64,000 bases of DNA from a virus. Lineage: Duplodnaviria; Caudoviricetes. The notes beneath the pieces are model-generated. The model was given only the letters and a program-made list of their open reading frames with translations, was not told the origin of the DNA and ran no database searches. Numbering within the stretch: the stretch's first letter is position 1; each line of letters opens with the position of its first letter. Shown in pieces: positions 11,155 through 21,284 of this stretch. The stretch lies in IMG/VR virus record IMGVR_UViG_3300014205_000180, positions 86,989 through 150,988 of that record. One strand, given 5' to 3'. The translations under genes were made by a program, and so were the position numbers.

Positions 11155-12380
11155 TTCACAATCCCCCAGATTTTATTTTTTTCGACTTCAGTATCTTTAA
11201 ATATCTTTCTAATTTTTTCTTCTTCGATTCTTAAGTTATAAGCTTCTGTATACTTAGGATCAATCGGTTTGGCTTTTGTCCATGTTTTAGTAAATTCCCT
11301 GACATCATCTTCTGATAAAATATTATTATTAACTTTCATCAATGCTACTTTAGTTCTATCCTTAGCATCTTTTAATTCTTTTCTTCTAACATCTAATAAT
11401 GCTTTTATTTTAGCCCTATCATCTTCAGTATATGCTTGTGCGATCTTTTTAGCTTCAACTACTTTTACCTCATTTTCAGCATCGACTTTCCTTGTGTACA
11501 TTCCTAAAGTTTTTTCAATCTTAACTCTTGGAAAGCCTTTTAAAGAATTATCAATAGCTTCATTTATGTCAATCATTGGAAATACTGTTAGTCTACTTTT
11601 CGGATTACAATTGTAAACTTTAAATCCTACTTCACTGAATATCGTCCGCATTTCACCAAACCATTTCATCATACTACTATAAGTAGAATTATTTCCATTA
11701 ATACTTCCAGTCGATCTAGGCTGTTTAAAACTATAATTTCCACCAGTCCCGTCTTTTGCTTCTTTTGCTTTATCCATATAAAAATCAACACCTAATAAAT
11801 AAAGATTTCTTATTCCAAGAAGATATAATATTCTTACAGCAGCTAAAAATACTGATCTGCCGCCACCAATTTTAGAATGATTTCCCCAATTTATTTTATC
11901 TTCAAATAAATAACAATCAGTACGAACAACTTCGTTTCTTCTGTAATAAAAAACATTTGGACAATCACCAACTTCTTTCTTAGTCTCAATTATTTTATCA
12001 CCAGTGCTGTCTGATAGTTTTTTATGAATATGAGAAATTGGAACTATTTTTTCAATTTTTGGGTCCATCCAAATAGATTGTAAAAAACTAGCCGGATCAT
12101 CAACACATGTCCATAGATTAGGTCTGAAAACTGCTGGGCTATTGTTCAACCCCATTGTCAATATTCCAGGCTCCATCAACAATTCTTTATTGACGTCTTT
12201 AAAACTTGGACCACTAGCTATTAAAAATGCTGATCCTCCGTTATATCTGTTAATAAATGGAACTTCTTGGAAATGTTTAGTAAAAAACATCGGAGGAATA
12301 GCATAATAATCCTCAAACTTAAAATTTTTACCTTTAAAACTATCTACATTTATCTCTAATTTATTGTAATCATCGTTCAT
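11151..12380 (-). CDS. DUF115/Maf-like (sialyltransferase-fold) glycosyltransferase with coiled-coil tail
   Basis: FLIASGPS, GLNN, WTCVD, YLLGIRNLYLLGVDF, VYNCNPKS. Confidence 0.65.
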   Translation of the reverse strand: MNDDYNKLEINVDSFKGKNFKFEDYYAIPPMFFTKHFQEVPFINRYNGGSAFLIASGPSFKDVNKELLMEPGILTMGLNNSPAVFRPNLWTCVDDPASFLQSIWMDPKIEKIVPISHIHKKLSDSTGDKIIETKKEVGDCPNVFYYRRNEVVRTDCYLFEDKINWGNHSKIGGGRSVFLAAVRILYLLGIRNLYLLGVDFYMDKAKEAKDGTGGNYSFKQPRSTGSINGNNSTYSSMMKWFGEMRTIFSEVGFKVYNCNPKSRLTVFPMIDINEAIDNSLKGFPRVKIEKTLGMYTRKVDAENEVKVVEAKKIAQAYTEDDRAKIKALLDVRRKELKDAKDRTKVALMKVNNNILSEDDVREFTKTWTKAKPIDPKYTEAYNLRIEEEKIRKIFKDTEVEKNKIWGIVK

Positions 12381-12411
12381 TCTTTAAATACGAACAAAAA
12401 TTAAATAAAAA

Positions 12412-15087
12412 TTAATTTACCATAAATTGATTAAAATGTTTAAGCTGATCACTGACTGACATTTCTTTAACAATCGCCCCAGGCCATAATCTTAATCCAA
12501 CTTTACCAATTATATGTCTATTTACAGGCCAGTATGGTGAATTAACTGCTACTGGAGTTGGTAACTTACTCGACAACTCAGGATCTGGTGATATTAATAA
12601 TCCATTCCACCAAACCCATAACTGAGTATCTATCGCCATTATTGTTAAATCATTCCATTGCTCAGTTTGTCCATTTACAACTGATGGCAATAAACCGCCA
12701 TCATAGACTTTGAATCCATCAACATCAGCAGTAGCGCCTGTTCCAACTCCATCAGAAATAAATCCTACTTGAGTATAAATCTTGCTTACAGTAAACTCAC
12801 CTGGAGCAAATCCACGGACGAAATCATCATATGGGTACGGTTTACCATCAAGTGCAAGTCTATCAAGATTATAAGGAGTCTTCATGCTCAATTTGCCAGC
12901 AGACATCTGTAGCTGTACTGACTGAGATTCTGTAGTAGCATTAACGCTAAATTCTAATCTAAGAGCAGGAGAAGTATAATCAGCATGCATTATCTGACAC
13001 ATTACTGTATTGACAGATGACTCAGCGATCGGATTGGTACCAGTTGTACCACCACTTAGATAATCTTCATCAAACGGGAACATCGAATCAGTTCCTATTA
13101 AAATAACATTTCCTCCATCATAAATCTTATGTCCATATTTCCAGAAGATATCACGATAAACACCAGTTAAAATTCTTAAGGTGCCAGTTTGTGGAATTGT
13201 CTTAAAATCAAGACCATTAACCATTATGTATGGAAGATTATTATACGTTCCAGCACCTATGACGCCACGTTTAGAAACCTTTAAGAAAATATCGTCAATA
13301 CTGTCTATCGGAGCACCAAGTAATATATCAATTGGTGGGAAATCACTGGTTGGCGGTCTGCCAATCTTGAAATTAACAAGCACATTCTTGTGATTAGCTC
13401 TATTCCAAATAAATACTGGTTGATCACTATATTGTTTAGCATAGATATTATAATTTGTTCCAAATATTCCTAAATCACGAACATCAACCTTTCCATCTTT
13501 ATTAAGGTCAGCGTCAGGATTAAAAGCAGTCTCTCCAACTGTCGTATTCATTGATGCCATTAATAATGCCAAGTCAGCATCATCTATCTTACCATCTTTA
13601 TTTATGTCTCCACGATTATCATTAGCCATCTTTTGAACTTTTAATGCTGGAATACTATAATCAATAACTGCTTGATATCTTCCATTTACTGGGAATCCGC
13701 TAGGCTCATATGTATCATAAATAGCATTATAATCGCCATCATTAGTTAATAACAAAGGATCTTCAAATCCAGTTATGCCCCACATGCTTCTTTCATAAAC
13801 GCGAAGATCACTTACATCATCAATACTTGCAGTAAGTTCAGTTCCGGTATTTCCTGTACCAGTTCCAGCATTATGATTTGTATCATCTCTCTGCTCATAT
13901 AATTCACCAAACCTGATCGAATTAGACAACGACCATAAATGAGAAGGATTAATCATTGGACGCTTATTGCAGTAATAAGCGTATTTTCTAATATTATTGA
14001 CTCTCGAAATTTCAAATGCCCAAATATCAACAAGTTCTCCAACTTCAAGTAACTGAGCTACACTGTCTTTTACCAAAGTTGAGTTTTCATACTTCCATAT
14101 ATTAGTAGCAACAAATTCATTTCCGACAGTCTTAGCCTCTTGAATTGACCACATCTTCATCAAGTATTGGTTGGTCGATAAAACTGTACTTGTATATCCA
14201 GTAACAATAGCCATCTGCTTAGTAATGGTATTACCATTATAAAGCAGTGCACCAAGTAAGCCAGGTTCACTCGCTCTAGATAACTCAAAAGTTACTTGAC
14301 GACCATCCTTATCAGAACCCATATACCAAACGCATTCTGGAACTTCGGCAGGTCCAGGAGTAAATGCCCAGCCAACATTCGTAGTGCCGTCATTGCGACG
14401 ACGCATTACCATATTCAATTCAGCTAAGTTCTGTACATTGCCATTCTTATAACGCTTAAATTGGATTGTTGGAACATTATTCTTCTGTTTGAAGAAATCA
14501 TCTGGTTTATTAGCATTAAATAATTGATTTTCTGGATAGACATAAATCTTAAGTTCACCATATGAATTAACACCCGGCATTATACCATTGCAACTAGGCG
14601 GTCTTACTGAACGAAGGTCTGACTCATCTTGAATCCAATAAATCTGAGCGCATTCTTCGCAACCACAAGAAAGAGGTATTGGTGTATCAGCAGTAAAACG
14701 AATTATATTACCAACACGTTCCAAGCTAATAAATTCACTTCCCGCAGCTAAAATAATATCACCCTGCATCCAACCGCCATCATCTGGCATGCCAGCGCCC
14801 ATAAATCCAAGAACACCAAGTCTGGTCTGAGTCAGTGAATCAAGTTTGGCCTTGTCAGCGGCACTTATAAGACCACGAAGCCATGGTGTTGCTTCAGGAA
14901 TTGGATCTTCAGATACGTGAGTCATACCATGAAATGATGGTATGATTATTTGATTCTGTTTGGCAAATAAAGTATTTGTTTCTTTATCGTATTGGAAGCC
15001 ATGGACATTTCCATCTGCACCAGGTATTTCAACATATTCACGATCAACAAGATCGTCTTTGTTAGGAACACCTATTTTTATGGTCAT
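12412..15087 (-). CDS. large virion protein with fibre-type N-terminus, internal dockerin domain and beta-sandwich C-terminus
   Basis: HGMTH..DPIPEATPWLRGLISAADKAKLD; duplicated Ca-binding loops GDINKDGKIDDADL and ADLNKDGKVDVRDL; SD GAGG and late-type box. Confidence 0.7.
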   Translation of the reverse strand: MTIKIGVPNKDDLVDREYVEIPGADGNVHGFQYDKETNTLFAKQNQIIIPSFHGMTHVSEDPIPEATPWLRGLISAADKAKLDSLTQTRLGVLGFMGAGMPDDGGWMQGDIILAAGSEFISLERVGNIIRFTADTPIPLSCGCEECAQIYWIQDESDLRSVRPPSCNGIMPGVNSYGELKIYVYPENQLFNANKPDDFFKQKNNVPTIQFKRYKNGNVQNLAELNMVMRRRNDGTTNVGWAFTPGPAEVPECVWYMGSDKDGRQVTFELSRASEPGLLGALLYNGNTITKQMAIVTGYTSTVLSTNQYLMKMWSIQEAKTVGNEFVATNIWKYENSTLVKDSVAQLLEVGELVDIWAFEISRVNNIRKYAYYCNKRPMINPSHLWSLSNSIRFGELYEQRDDTNHNAGTGTGNTGTELTASIDDVSDLRVYERSMWGITGFEDPLLLTNDGDYNAIYDTYEPSGFPVNGRYQAVIDYSIPALKVQKMANDNRGDINKDGKIDDADLALLMASMNTTVGETAFNPDADLNKDGKVDVRDLGIFGTNYNIYAKQYSDQPVFIWNRANHKNVLVNFKIGRPPTSDFPPIDILLGAPIDSIDDIFLKVSKRGVIGAGTYNNLPYIMVNGLDFKTIPQTGTLRILTGVYRDIFWKYGHKIYDGGNVILIGTDSMFPFDEDYLSGGTTGTNPIAESSVNTVMCQIMHADYTSPALRLEFSVNATTESQSVQLQMSAGKLSMKTPYNLDRLALDGKPYPYDDFVRGFAPGEFTVSKIYTQVGFISDGVGTGATADVDGFKVYDGGLLPSVVNGQTEQWNDLTIMAIDTQLWVWWNGLLISPDPELSSKLPTPVAVNSPYWPVNRHIIGKVGLRLWPGAIVKEMSVSDQLKHFNQFMVN

Positions 15088-15121
15088 TCTTGTTTCCTCT
15101 TAATCTAATTATATATTTGAG

Positions 15122-15343
15122 TTAAACTAAAGATACCGGTTCCCAGATAGCATAAGTCTTAGATAACATTTTCTTTCTATATAAAACATTATGTCTTGTA
15201 TTGTAAAAATGTTCTGTTCTTGATGTCAATGGGTCAATATTATAAAAAGACATTGTTATATGCTGACTATTTAAGAAATGATAACTCAATCCACCTACGC
15301 TTGGATAGCCTCGTTTTTGAAATAAATCATCTAAAAAACTCAT
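15122..15343 (-). CDS. hypothetical protein
   Basis: 73-aa ORF closely packed in the operon. Confidence 0.55.
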   Translation of the reverse strand: MSFLDDLFQKRGYPSVGGLSYHFLNSQHITMSFYNIDPLTSRTEHFYNTRHNVLYRKKMLSKTYAIWEPVSLV

Positions 15344-15348
15344 ATAAA

Positions 15349-16401
15349 TTAGATTTTATTATGGTACTTTAATTCCATACTCATCATATTAGCTACCAAT
15401 GAATTAAAATCATATTTTGGTTTCCAGCCAAGTTTTGATCTAATTTTCGATGAGTCACCAAGGAGGACATCTACTTCAGAAGGTCTAAAGAATTTTTCAT
15501 TTACTTGAATTATTACTCTACCATTAAGAAATGCTACTTCATTAAGACCTTTACCAGACCATTCAATTTTACCAATATCCATCCACTCAAAGCATTTATT
15601 AATAAATTCTTTAACAGTATGGGTTTCACCAGTTGCGACAACCCAATCGTCAGGTTTATCATGATCCATGATAAGCATCATAGCTCTACAAAAATCTTCA
15701 GCATGGCCCCAATCTCTAAAAGCATTGAGATTTCCAAGCTGTAATGGCTTTATCGATCTATCATTGTGAAATTTAGCACACCATTTTGTTATTTTACGAG
15801 TGACGAATGTTTCGCCTCGATAATATGACTCATGATTGAAAAGTATTCCATTAGATCCAAATAAATTATAAGCTTCTCTATAATTCTTGGTTATCCAATA
15901 ACCATAAAGTTTAGCTGCGCCATATGGCGATCTTGGATGAAACGGAGTTGATTCAACATATCCATTTTTTGGCATTTCATTTGATAAGCCACCAAACATT
16001 TCACTAGTTGAGGCTTGATAGAATCGTGTTTTTGGACTGTGCTTTATGATAGCATCAAGCAGTCTTAAAACACCAACACCATCGACATCAGCAGTATATT
16101 CTGGAACTTCAAATGATACCTTAACATGACTTTGTGCGCCAAGATTATAACAAACATCTGGTTTGATTGTTGATACCAAACTTCCCAAATTACTTGAATC
16201 AGTTAAATCGCCATGGTGGAGAAATAGTTTCTTGTTATATATTAATCCATCATCCATCAAATCATCAATTCTTGAAGTATTAAAAGTTGACGATCTACGT
16301 ATAATCCCATGAACTTCATAATCCTGTTCAAGTAATAGCCTAGTCAAAATTGACCCATCTTGGCCTGTACACCCGCTTATAAGAGCGACTTTCTTTTTCA
16401 T
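15349..16401 (-). CDS. gmd: GDP-mannose 4,6-dehydratase
   Basis: ALISGCTGQDGS, GAQSHVKVSF, QASTSEMFG, PRSPYGAAK, GILFNHES, FVTRKIT, RDWGHA; start at MKKKVAL after GAGG SD. Confidence 0.96.
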   Translation of the reverse strand: MKKKVALISGCTGQDGSILTRLLLEQDYEVHGIIRRSSTFNTSRIDDLMDDGLIYNKKLFLHHGDLTDSSNLGSLVSTIKPDVCYNLGAQSHVKVSFEVPEYTADVDGVGVLRLLDAIIKHSPKTRFYQASTSEMFGGLSNEMPKNGYVESTPFHPRSPYGAAKLYGYWITKNYREAYNLFGSNGILFNHESYYRGETFVTRKITKWCAKFHNDRSIKPLQLGNLNAFRDWGHAEDFCRAMMLIMDHDKPDDWVVATGETHTVKEFINKCFEWMDIGKIEWSGKGLNEVAFLNGRVIIQVNEKFFRPSEVDVLLGDSSKIRSKLGWKPKYDFNSLVANMMSMELKYHNKI

Positions 16402-16402
16402 T

Positions 16403-17329
16403 TTATTCCTCGTGAAATCTGTCGAATTTATATTTAAACTCTTGTGCAATGCTATTATTATTTTCTATGATATTAATAAATTTAATACTAGAATCGCGAC
16501 TTAGCTTTAGCCTATTTCTAACAGTAATTGATGAATCATAGCCTAAACAATTTAGTTTCGATTTTAATTTGTTAATACTGTCATTATCAAAACAATCAGT
16601 ACAAAGTGCGACACACTTACGCATTGTGTAACCATCACCAATAAACCACCAATAAAAAGATTTTGGTGTTAAGTTAATGTCATTTGGAATAATTTTAACA
16701 TTTTTATACCATCTATTTCTATGAAATAAAAGATCATTATAAAATGATGATTTAAAATGCCAATATTTATTTTTAGTTCTCCATGAATTATCTGAAATTT
16801 TTGAACCCCATGGATTACTAAAATGAAGCTGACTGAATTCTTTACTGATATCAATTAAAGTGTTTTTAAATTTACATCCATATGTTATTCTAGCTGATAC
16901 GTTCGAGTAATCCAAGTGACCATCACCTAACATTAAGCCATCTAGAACTTCTACCTGAATATTGGTTAAATTACATAATTTTTGTTGCCATATAGAAGCT
17001 TCAGATATAGATCTAGTTTTAATATCATATTTTAAAAAATTATTTTCTATAGAAGTTACATGAACATCTAACTTATCTGCTATTTTTTGTTGTGACAAAT
17101 TATCATCCCAATATAATTTATTTAATAATTTAACATATTCATCTTCTGATATTTTAAGTCTCTTGTATATTAATTCAGAGTTATTGATTTTATTTCTCTT
17201 TATTCCTTTTTTAATGTTTCTTATAATTCGTTGTATTGATCCCCTAGATATTCCTAAAGTTATTTGTATTTGCTTATTTGTATACCCATTAACACGCAAT
17301 TCTTTAACTTTATTCCAATCTATCATCAT
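16403..17329 (-). mobile_element. free-standing LAGLIDADG homing endonuclease with N-terminal HTH repeats
   Basis: EVLDGLMLGDGHL and FYWWFIGDGY, LCTDCF; two HTH segments in the N-terminal part. Confidence 0.85.
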
Positions 17330-17359
17330 GTATTTTTGACTGGAACAACAGGTCAGAAG

Positions 17360-17599
17360 TTATATCTTTGCAACAGCTATATCTTCAACAACACCCTGCC
17401 AATCATAATTAGTTGAAGCATCAGCTGATACCTCAGGAAACTGAATAAAAGTCATGTTTCTAGTAACACCAAAAATGAAAGTATCGAATGGAACTTCATC
17501 TGGATTAACTCTTGGAAGATTGCTATTATCACGTGGTATTTTTACAAACCCGCCAACTACTGGAAGAGTTCTAACTATTTTAATTTCATTAAGGCTCAT
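17360..17599 (-). CDS. hypothetical small (virion?) protein
   Basis: 79-aa ORF starting MSLNE. Confidence 0.55.
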   Translation of the reverse strand: MSLNEIKIVRTLPVVGGFVKIPRDNSNLPRVNPDEVPFDTFIFGVTRNMTFIQFPEVSADASTNYDWQGVVEDIAVAKI

Positions 17600-17611
17600 A
17601 AATTAAATTTG

Positions 17612-18814
17612 CTATTCATAAACAAATAGATATCCATTAAGGCCCGGAAATTGAGAAGTAATCATCGGTATTTTTCTTGATGGCTTAAACTCCTGTTCAA
17701 TACTTTCAACAAATGGATTGCTGACGAATATTATATTAACATCAACTTTTTTGAAGTGATTTTTCATATAGTAATCAAACATTTGTCTAGTAAACTTAAA
17801 ATCAAAATCAACTATTGCAAAGTCATACTGATCATTGTCATTATATTCACCAATATTATCATAATCAATAAATTTAGATATTTCTTTATAATAAGTATCA
17901 AATGGACATGTTGGTCTAAAACGATAAGAACACTCTTCTGCTGCAGCAGCTAAAAACTTTTCTCCATATCTCGGCTCAAAATCAAAAAAAGTCTTCCCAG
18001 ATAATCCAAGATCTTTAATTATTAAACGATAAAGACATGTTGGTCTGAATTTACATAATTTAAAAAAGCTTTGTTTATAATTCGATACTTTTATGGCTTT
18101 AATGATGTTTTTATAATCAAGATCGATCGTTTTACGAATTCCATCCTTTTTAAATCTTTTATTTTGCCTTAATATTCTCAAAATTGCGCGGTACCATTTA
18201 TGAATTGTATACTTATGTTTAAAATTAAAGATCAATTTAGTGCTACTTAAATTATAATAACCATTTGGCATAAAATGTTCAAGAATCAAATCTCCAGGTC
18301 TGTCAGTATTTCTAAACGTACTCTTCTGCAATCTATAACCATTAGCCCGTTTATGTGAATTGATGTTTTCATTAAGTACATCATGATAATTTTTTATCAA
18401 TACTTCATTAGGATATTTAAATGGCTTCCATCCATGTTCAGTTATAAAATCTAACAAACTATGAACAAATAAATAACGATCAAAGAATTTTAATTTAGCA
18501 TAATCATCATATGACCATTTTGATAAGTTAAAGTATTCATCATCTGATTCAATCTCATTAATGCCATATTTATTAAATCTTGGAACTGATTTATTTTCAC
18601 TTAATTCATCAAACCACCTAACATCTGGGGCAATCCATAAAAAGTGTTTTTTCTTAAATTGGAGGCCCTTACCATAAAGCTTTCTATTTATGCTTATCGT
18701 ATCCTTTATAAAATTGTTCCATATAACTTTAAACCCATAATAATTAATATTAGACTTTTTTACCCTATTGTTTAAATCTAGGGACTTCTTTAAAGCTCTG
18801 TATGCTTGTTCCAT
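17612..18814 (-). CDS. degenerate DNA-methyltransferase-like protein
   Basis: KFRPT...TFFDFEPRYGEKFLAA mirrors FKPW...VIDPSMGWGGRLIG of 47155-49221; no SPPY/DPPY motif. Confidence 0.5.
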   Translation of the reverse strand: MEQAYRALKKSLDLNNRVKKSNINYYGFKVIWNNFIKDTISINRKLYGKGLQFKKKHFLWIAPDVRWFDELSENKSVPRFNKYGINEIESDDEYFNLSKWSYDDYAKLKFFDRYLFVHSLLDFITEHGWKPFKYPNEVLIKNYHDVLNENINSHKRANGYRLQKSTFRNTDRPGDLILEHFMPNGYYNLSSTKLIFNFKHKYTIHKWYRAILRILRQNKRFKKDGIRKTIDLDYKNIIKAIKVSNYKQSFFKLCKFRPTCLYRLIIKDLGLSGKTFFDFEPRYGEKFLAAAAEECSYRFRPTCPFDTYYKEISKFIDYDNIGEYNDNDQYDFAIVDFDFKFTRQMFDYYMKNHFKKVDVNIIFVSNPFVESIEQEFKPSRKIPMITSQFPGLNGYLFVYE

Positions 18815-19412
18815 GAATTTTATTATAATTATCTATCTTAGCTAATCTTTCTGCATTTCTTATCTTCCATCTCTTCATAGCACTAGCACAATTCCTTGTT
18901 CTTGGATATATATCATTATTAATTAACCAATCATAAATAGTGTAAACACTAACACCAGCAATTGAAGCCATTTTTCTTATACCAAGTTTATCATCAAAAT
19001 AACTTTTTATTAACCACTCTCTGTTATTATATTGATTCTTACTCTTAACTGATTCCTCTAAAGATTTTGTTTTTATACCATACCTTTTAAATCTCTTTTC
19101 AACTGTCCTTATCGTTCTGCTAATTATTCTAGCTATAGTTTTTATGCCATATTTTGAATAAGCTTCACGAAACCATGCTTCATTATCCCAAATATCTTGC
19201 GAGTTAACTTTAACTATATTAACACTCTTACGTTTTCTATGTGCTCTCAAAAATGGTGCTTGTTCAGTATCTGATTTAATATCAGCATCAATTCGCCACT
19301 GTCTTATAATATGAACTGGAATTTTTGTCTTTAAAGAGATTTCATAAACAGTATAATCTTTATAATCATCAAAAAATTGCTTTTTCTCATCAACGTTTTT
19401 CGGCCTTATCAC
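18765..19412 (-). CDS. multi-HTH DNA-binding protein
   Basis: repeats DNEAWFREAY..YGIKTIARII and NNREWLIKSY..LGIRKMASIAGVS. Confidence 0.7.
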   Translation of the reverse strand: MIRPKNVDEKKQFFDDYKDYTVYEISLKTKIPVHIIRQWRIDADIKSDTEQAPFLRAHRKRKSVNIVKVNSQDIWDNEAWFREAYSKYGIKTIARIISRTIRTVEKRFKRYGIKTKSLEESVKSKNQYNNREWLIKSYFDDKLGIRKMASIAGVSVYTIYDWLINNDIYPRTRNCASAMKRWKIRNAERLAKIDNYNKIHGTSIQSFKEVPRFKQ

Positions 19413-19415
19413 ATC

Positions 19416-20171
19416 CTATTTACTAGGAATACCAGAATCCTGTTCTTCTTCACCTTCTTCAAAATCAAGATCTTCTGGCTTAATCTCCTGATCATCTAGT
19501 CCAGGGTCAGACTTTCCAAAATTCTTATCTTTTTCAACTTCGCCTTTTTGTTTTGGCTTAATCTGCTTAATTTTATCATGTGCTATCTTGCTATCGATTT
19601 TTTGATCATCAACATCTTTTATTTCTTTATCTAATGTTTCTTTACCATCACGATCTGGTTCGTCTCGATCAAGATCAAGACTCTGCTTATCCTTATCAAT
19701 ATTATCTATTTCTTTATCAGCGTCTTCTGGCTTTTTAATTTCTGGTTTATCAGTCTTAACATCTGGTCTGACAAATTGCTTAGGCGTAACAGCTTTAGTA
19801 AGAGGATCTTTAATATCTTGAGGCTTTGGCTCTCTGAAGAATTTGAGAGTTCCTGGTGCAATTATTCTAACATGATCCTGATCATATGTTCTATAAGCAC
19901 GATCAAATATCTGCGGTGCTAATCCGCGCAGTTTTCTAACTCTGCGCCTTAAATTTCTATCACCAAGAATTGTCGGCAGATTCTTTTGAAGATCGACTAC
20001 CTGATCATCAGAAAGATAATTTAAATTAATACCACATAATAATTTCGTACCTCTATGATTAACCCATCTTCCAAGAGCTAAAACATTCGGTCTGGGATCA
20101 ATATTGAACCGGTCGTAACTTAAATCGTAACGACGACCGTAGCCTTCACAAAGAACTAATGATAGTTTCAA
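19416..20171 (-). CDS. T4 gp2-like DNA end protector with acidic tail
   Basis: DPRPNVLAL...LCGINLNYL...YRTYDQDHVR recalls gp2 D.FPLV..GLNLHYL..KRYL..HV; MKLSLVLCE leader. Confidence 0.45.
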   Translation of the reverse strand: MKLSLVLCEGYGRRYDLSYDRFNIDPRPNVLALGRWVNHRGTKLLCGINLNYLSDDQVVDLQKNLPTILGDRNLRRRVRKLRGLAPQIFDRAYRTYDQDHVRIIAPGTLKFFREPKPQDIKDPLTKAVTPKQFVRPDVKTDKPEIKKPEDADKEIDNIDKDKQSLDLDRDEPDRDGKETLDKEIKDVDDQKIDSKIAHDKIKQIKPKQKGEVEKDKNFGKSDPGLDDQEIKPEDLDFEEGEEEQDSGIPSK

Positions 20172-21096
20172 ACTTATTTCTCTTTCTCTTCATTGACCTT
20201 ACATTATTTTTGTACATGTATTCCATTATTTTGATTCCTTTTTTCTTTTTAGCTACTAACACATAAATTGTTTTAGAATTATAAACATTTAAGTTACTTA
20301 TGCCAACATTTTTTGAAATTATTTGACCAATATATTCAAGCTGATTCATAAATGGATCTACTAATCTCCATGTTGGATATTGTTTACCTTTTTCATTAAT
20401 GATGCTTATTGTCCCATCTCCATCTGTCATTCCTCTTAACCAATGACTAAATAAATCATCTGGTATCAATTTAATTAATTCAATACCGCCTTTTTTGAAT
20501 TCATTAAATTTTAAATTAATTAATGAATTTTTAATTTTGGCAGAATTTATATTAACGTATTTCTGGATAGTTCCAGGGCTGAATGATTTTTCATTTCTAA
20601 TATTTTGCTTAATTTTATAATCAGATTCTAAATCATTTATAAAATTAAGCAAAACATCTTCATCTTTTGATGATAAACTAATCATTTGATTGTCTTTACT
20701 GACACATCCATCAGCACATAAATATCCAAGCCAATAAGCCATTAATGGCGTCCACTCTTCAAAAAACTCTTCATTTAATGAATGTTCTCTATGATTTATT
20801 CCTTTTGTTACACTAACACCCATTTCATGTAAAACTTCATAAATAGTACCAACATTAGAATTATGTGATTTTGCTATATCAATAACACTGATATTATTAT
20901 TATACATATCAACAACTTTTTGTTTATCAAAAATTTTTTGTTCACGTTCAAATGGTTTTCTTGGAGTCCAACCATTATTTTTAAATATTTTACCAATTGT
21001 TACATCACTAACACCATAAATATCACCTATTAATTTAAACGATTTATTTTTATCATAATATAAACTTTTTATATTTAATTCAATATCGCTATTCAT
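20146..21096 (-). mobile_element. free-standing LAGLIDADG (DOD-type) homing endonuclease with N-terminal HTHs
   Basis: AYWLGYLCADGCV and SHWLRGMTDGDGTI; LNEEFF; no intein termini. Confidence 0.85.
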
Positions 21097-21113
21097 ATCC
21101 TATATTTGACTAC

Positions 21114-21284
21114 TTAACTACTTAATAATTTACGTATACGCTTTCTGATTTTTATCTCTTTAAGATGCTTCAGATCAATATTGCAAACATAAAGATTACC
21201 TTTCTTATTCATATTAATATAAATAATATCATCTAAATCTACATTGGTTGTTTCATGATATTGATCAATATTTGAAGTATTCAT
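21114..21284 (-). CDS. small hypothetical protein (56 aa, not in the ORF track)
   Basis: MNTSNIDQYHETT...IRKLLSS; ATGA overlap with the deaminase stop codon. Confidence 0.5.
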   Translation of the reverse strand: MNTSNIDQYHETTNVDLDDIIYINMNKKGNLYVCNIDLKHLKEIKIRKRIRKLLSS

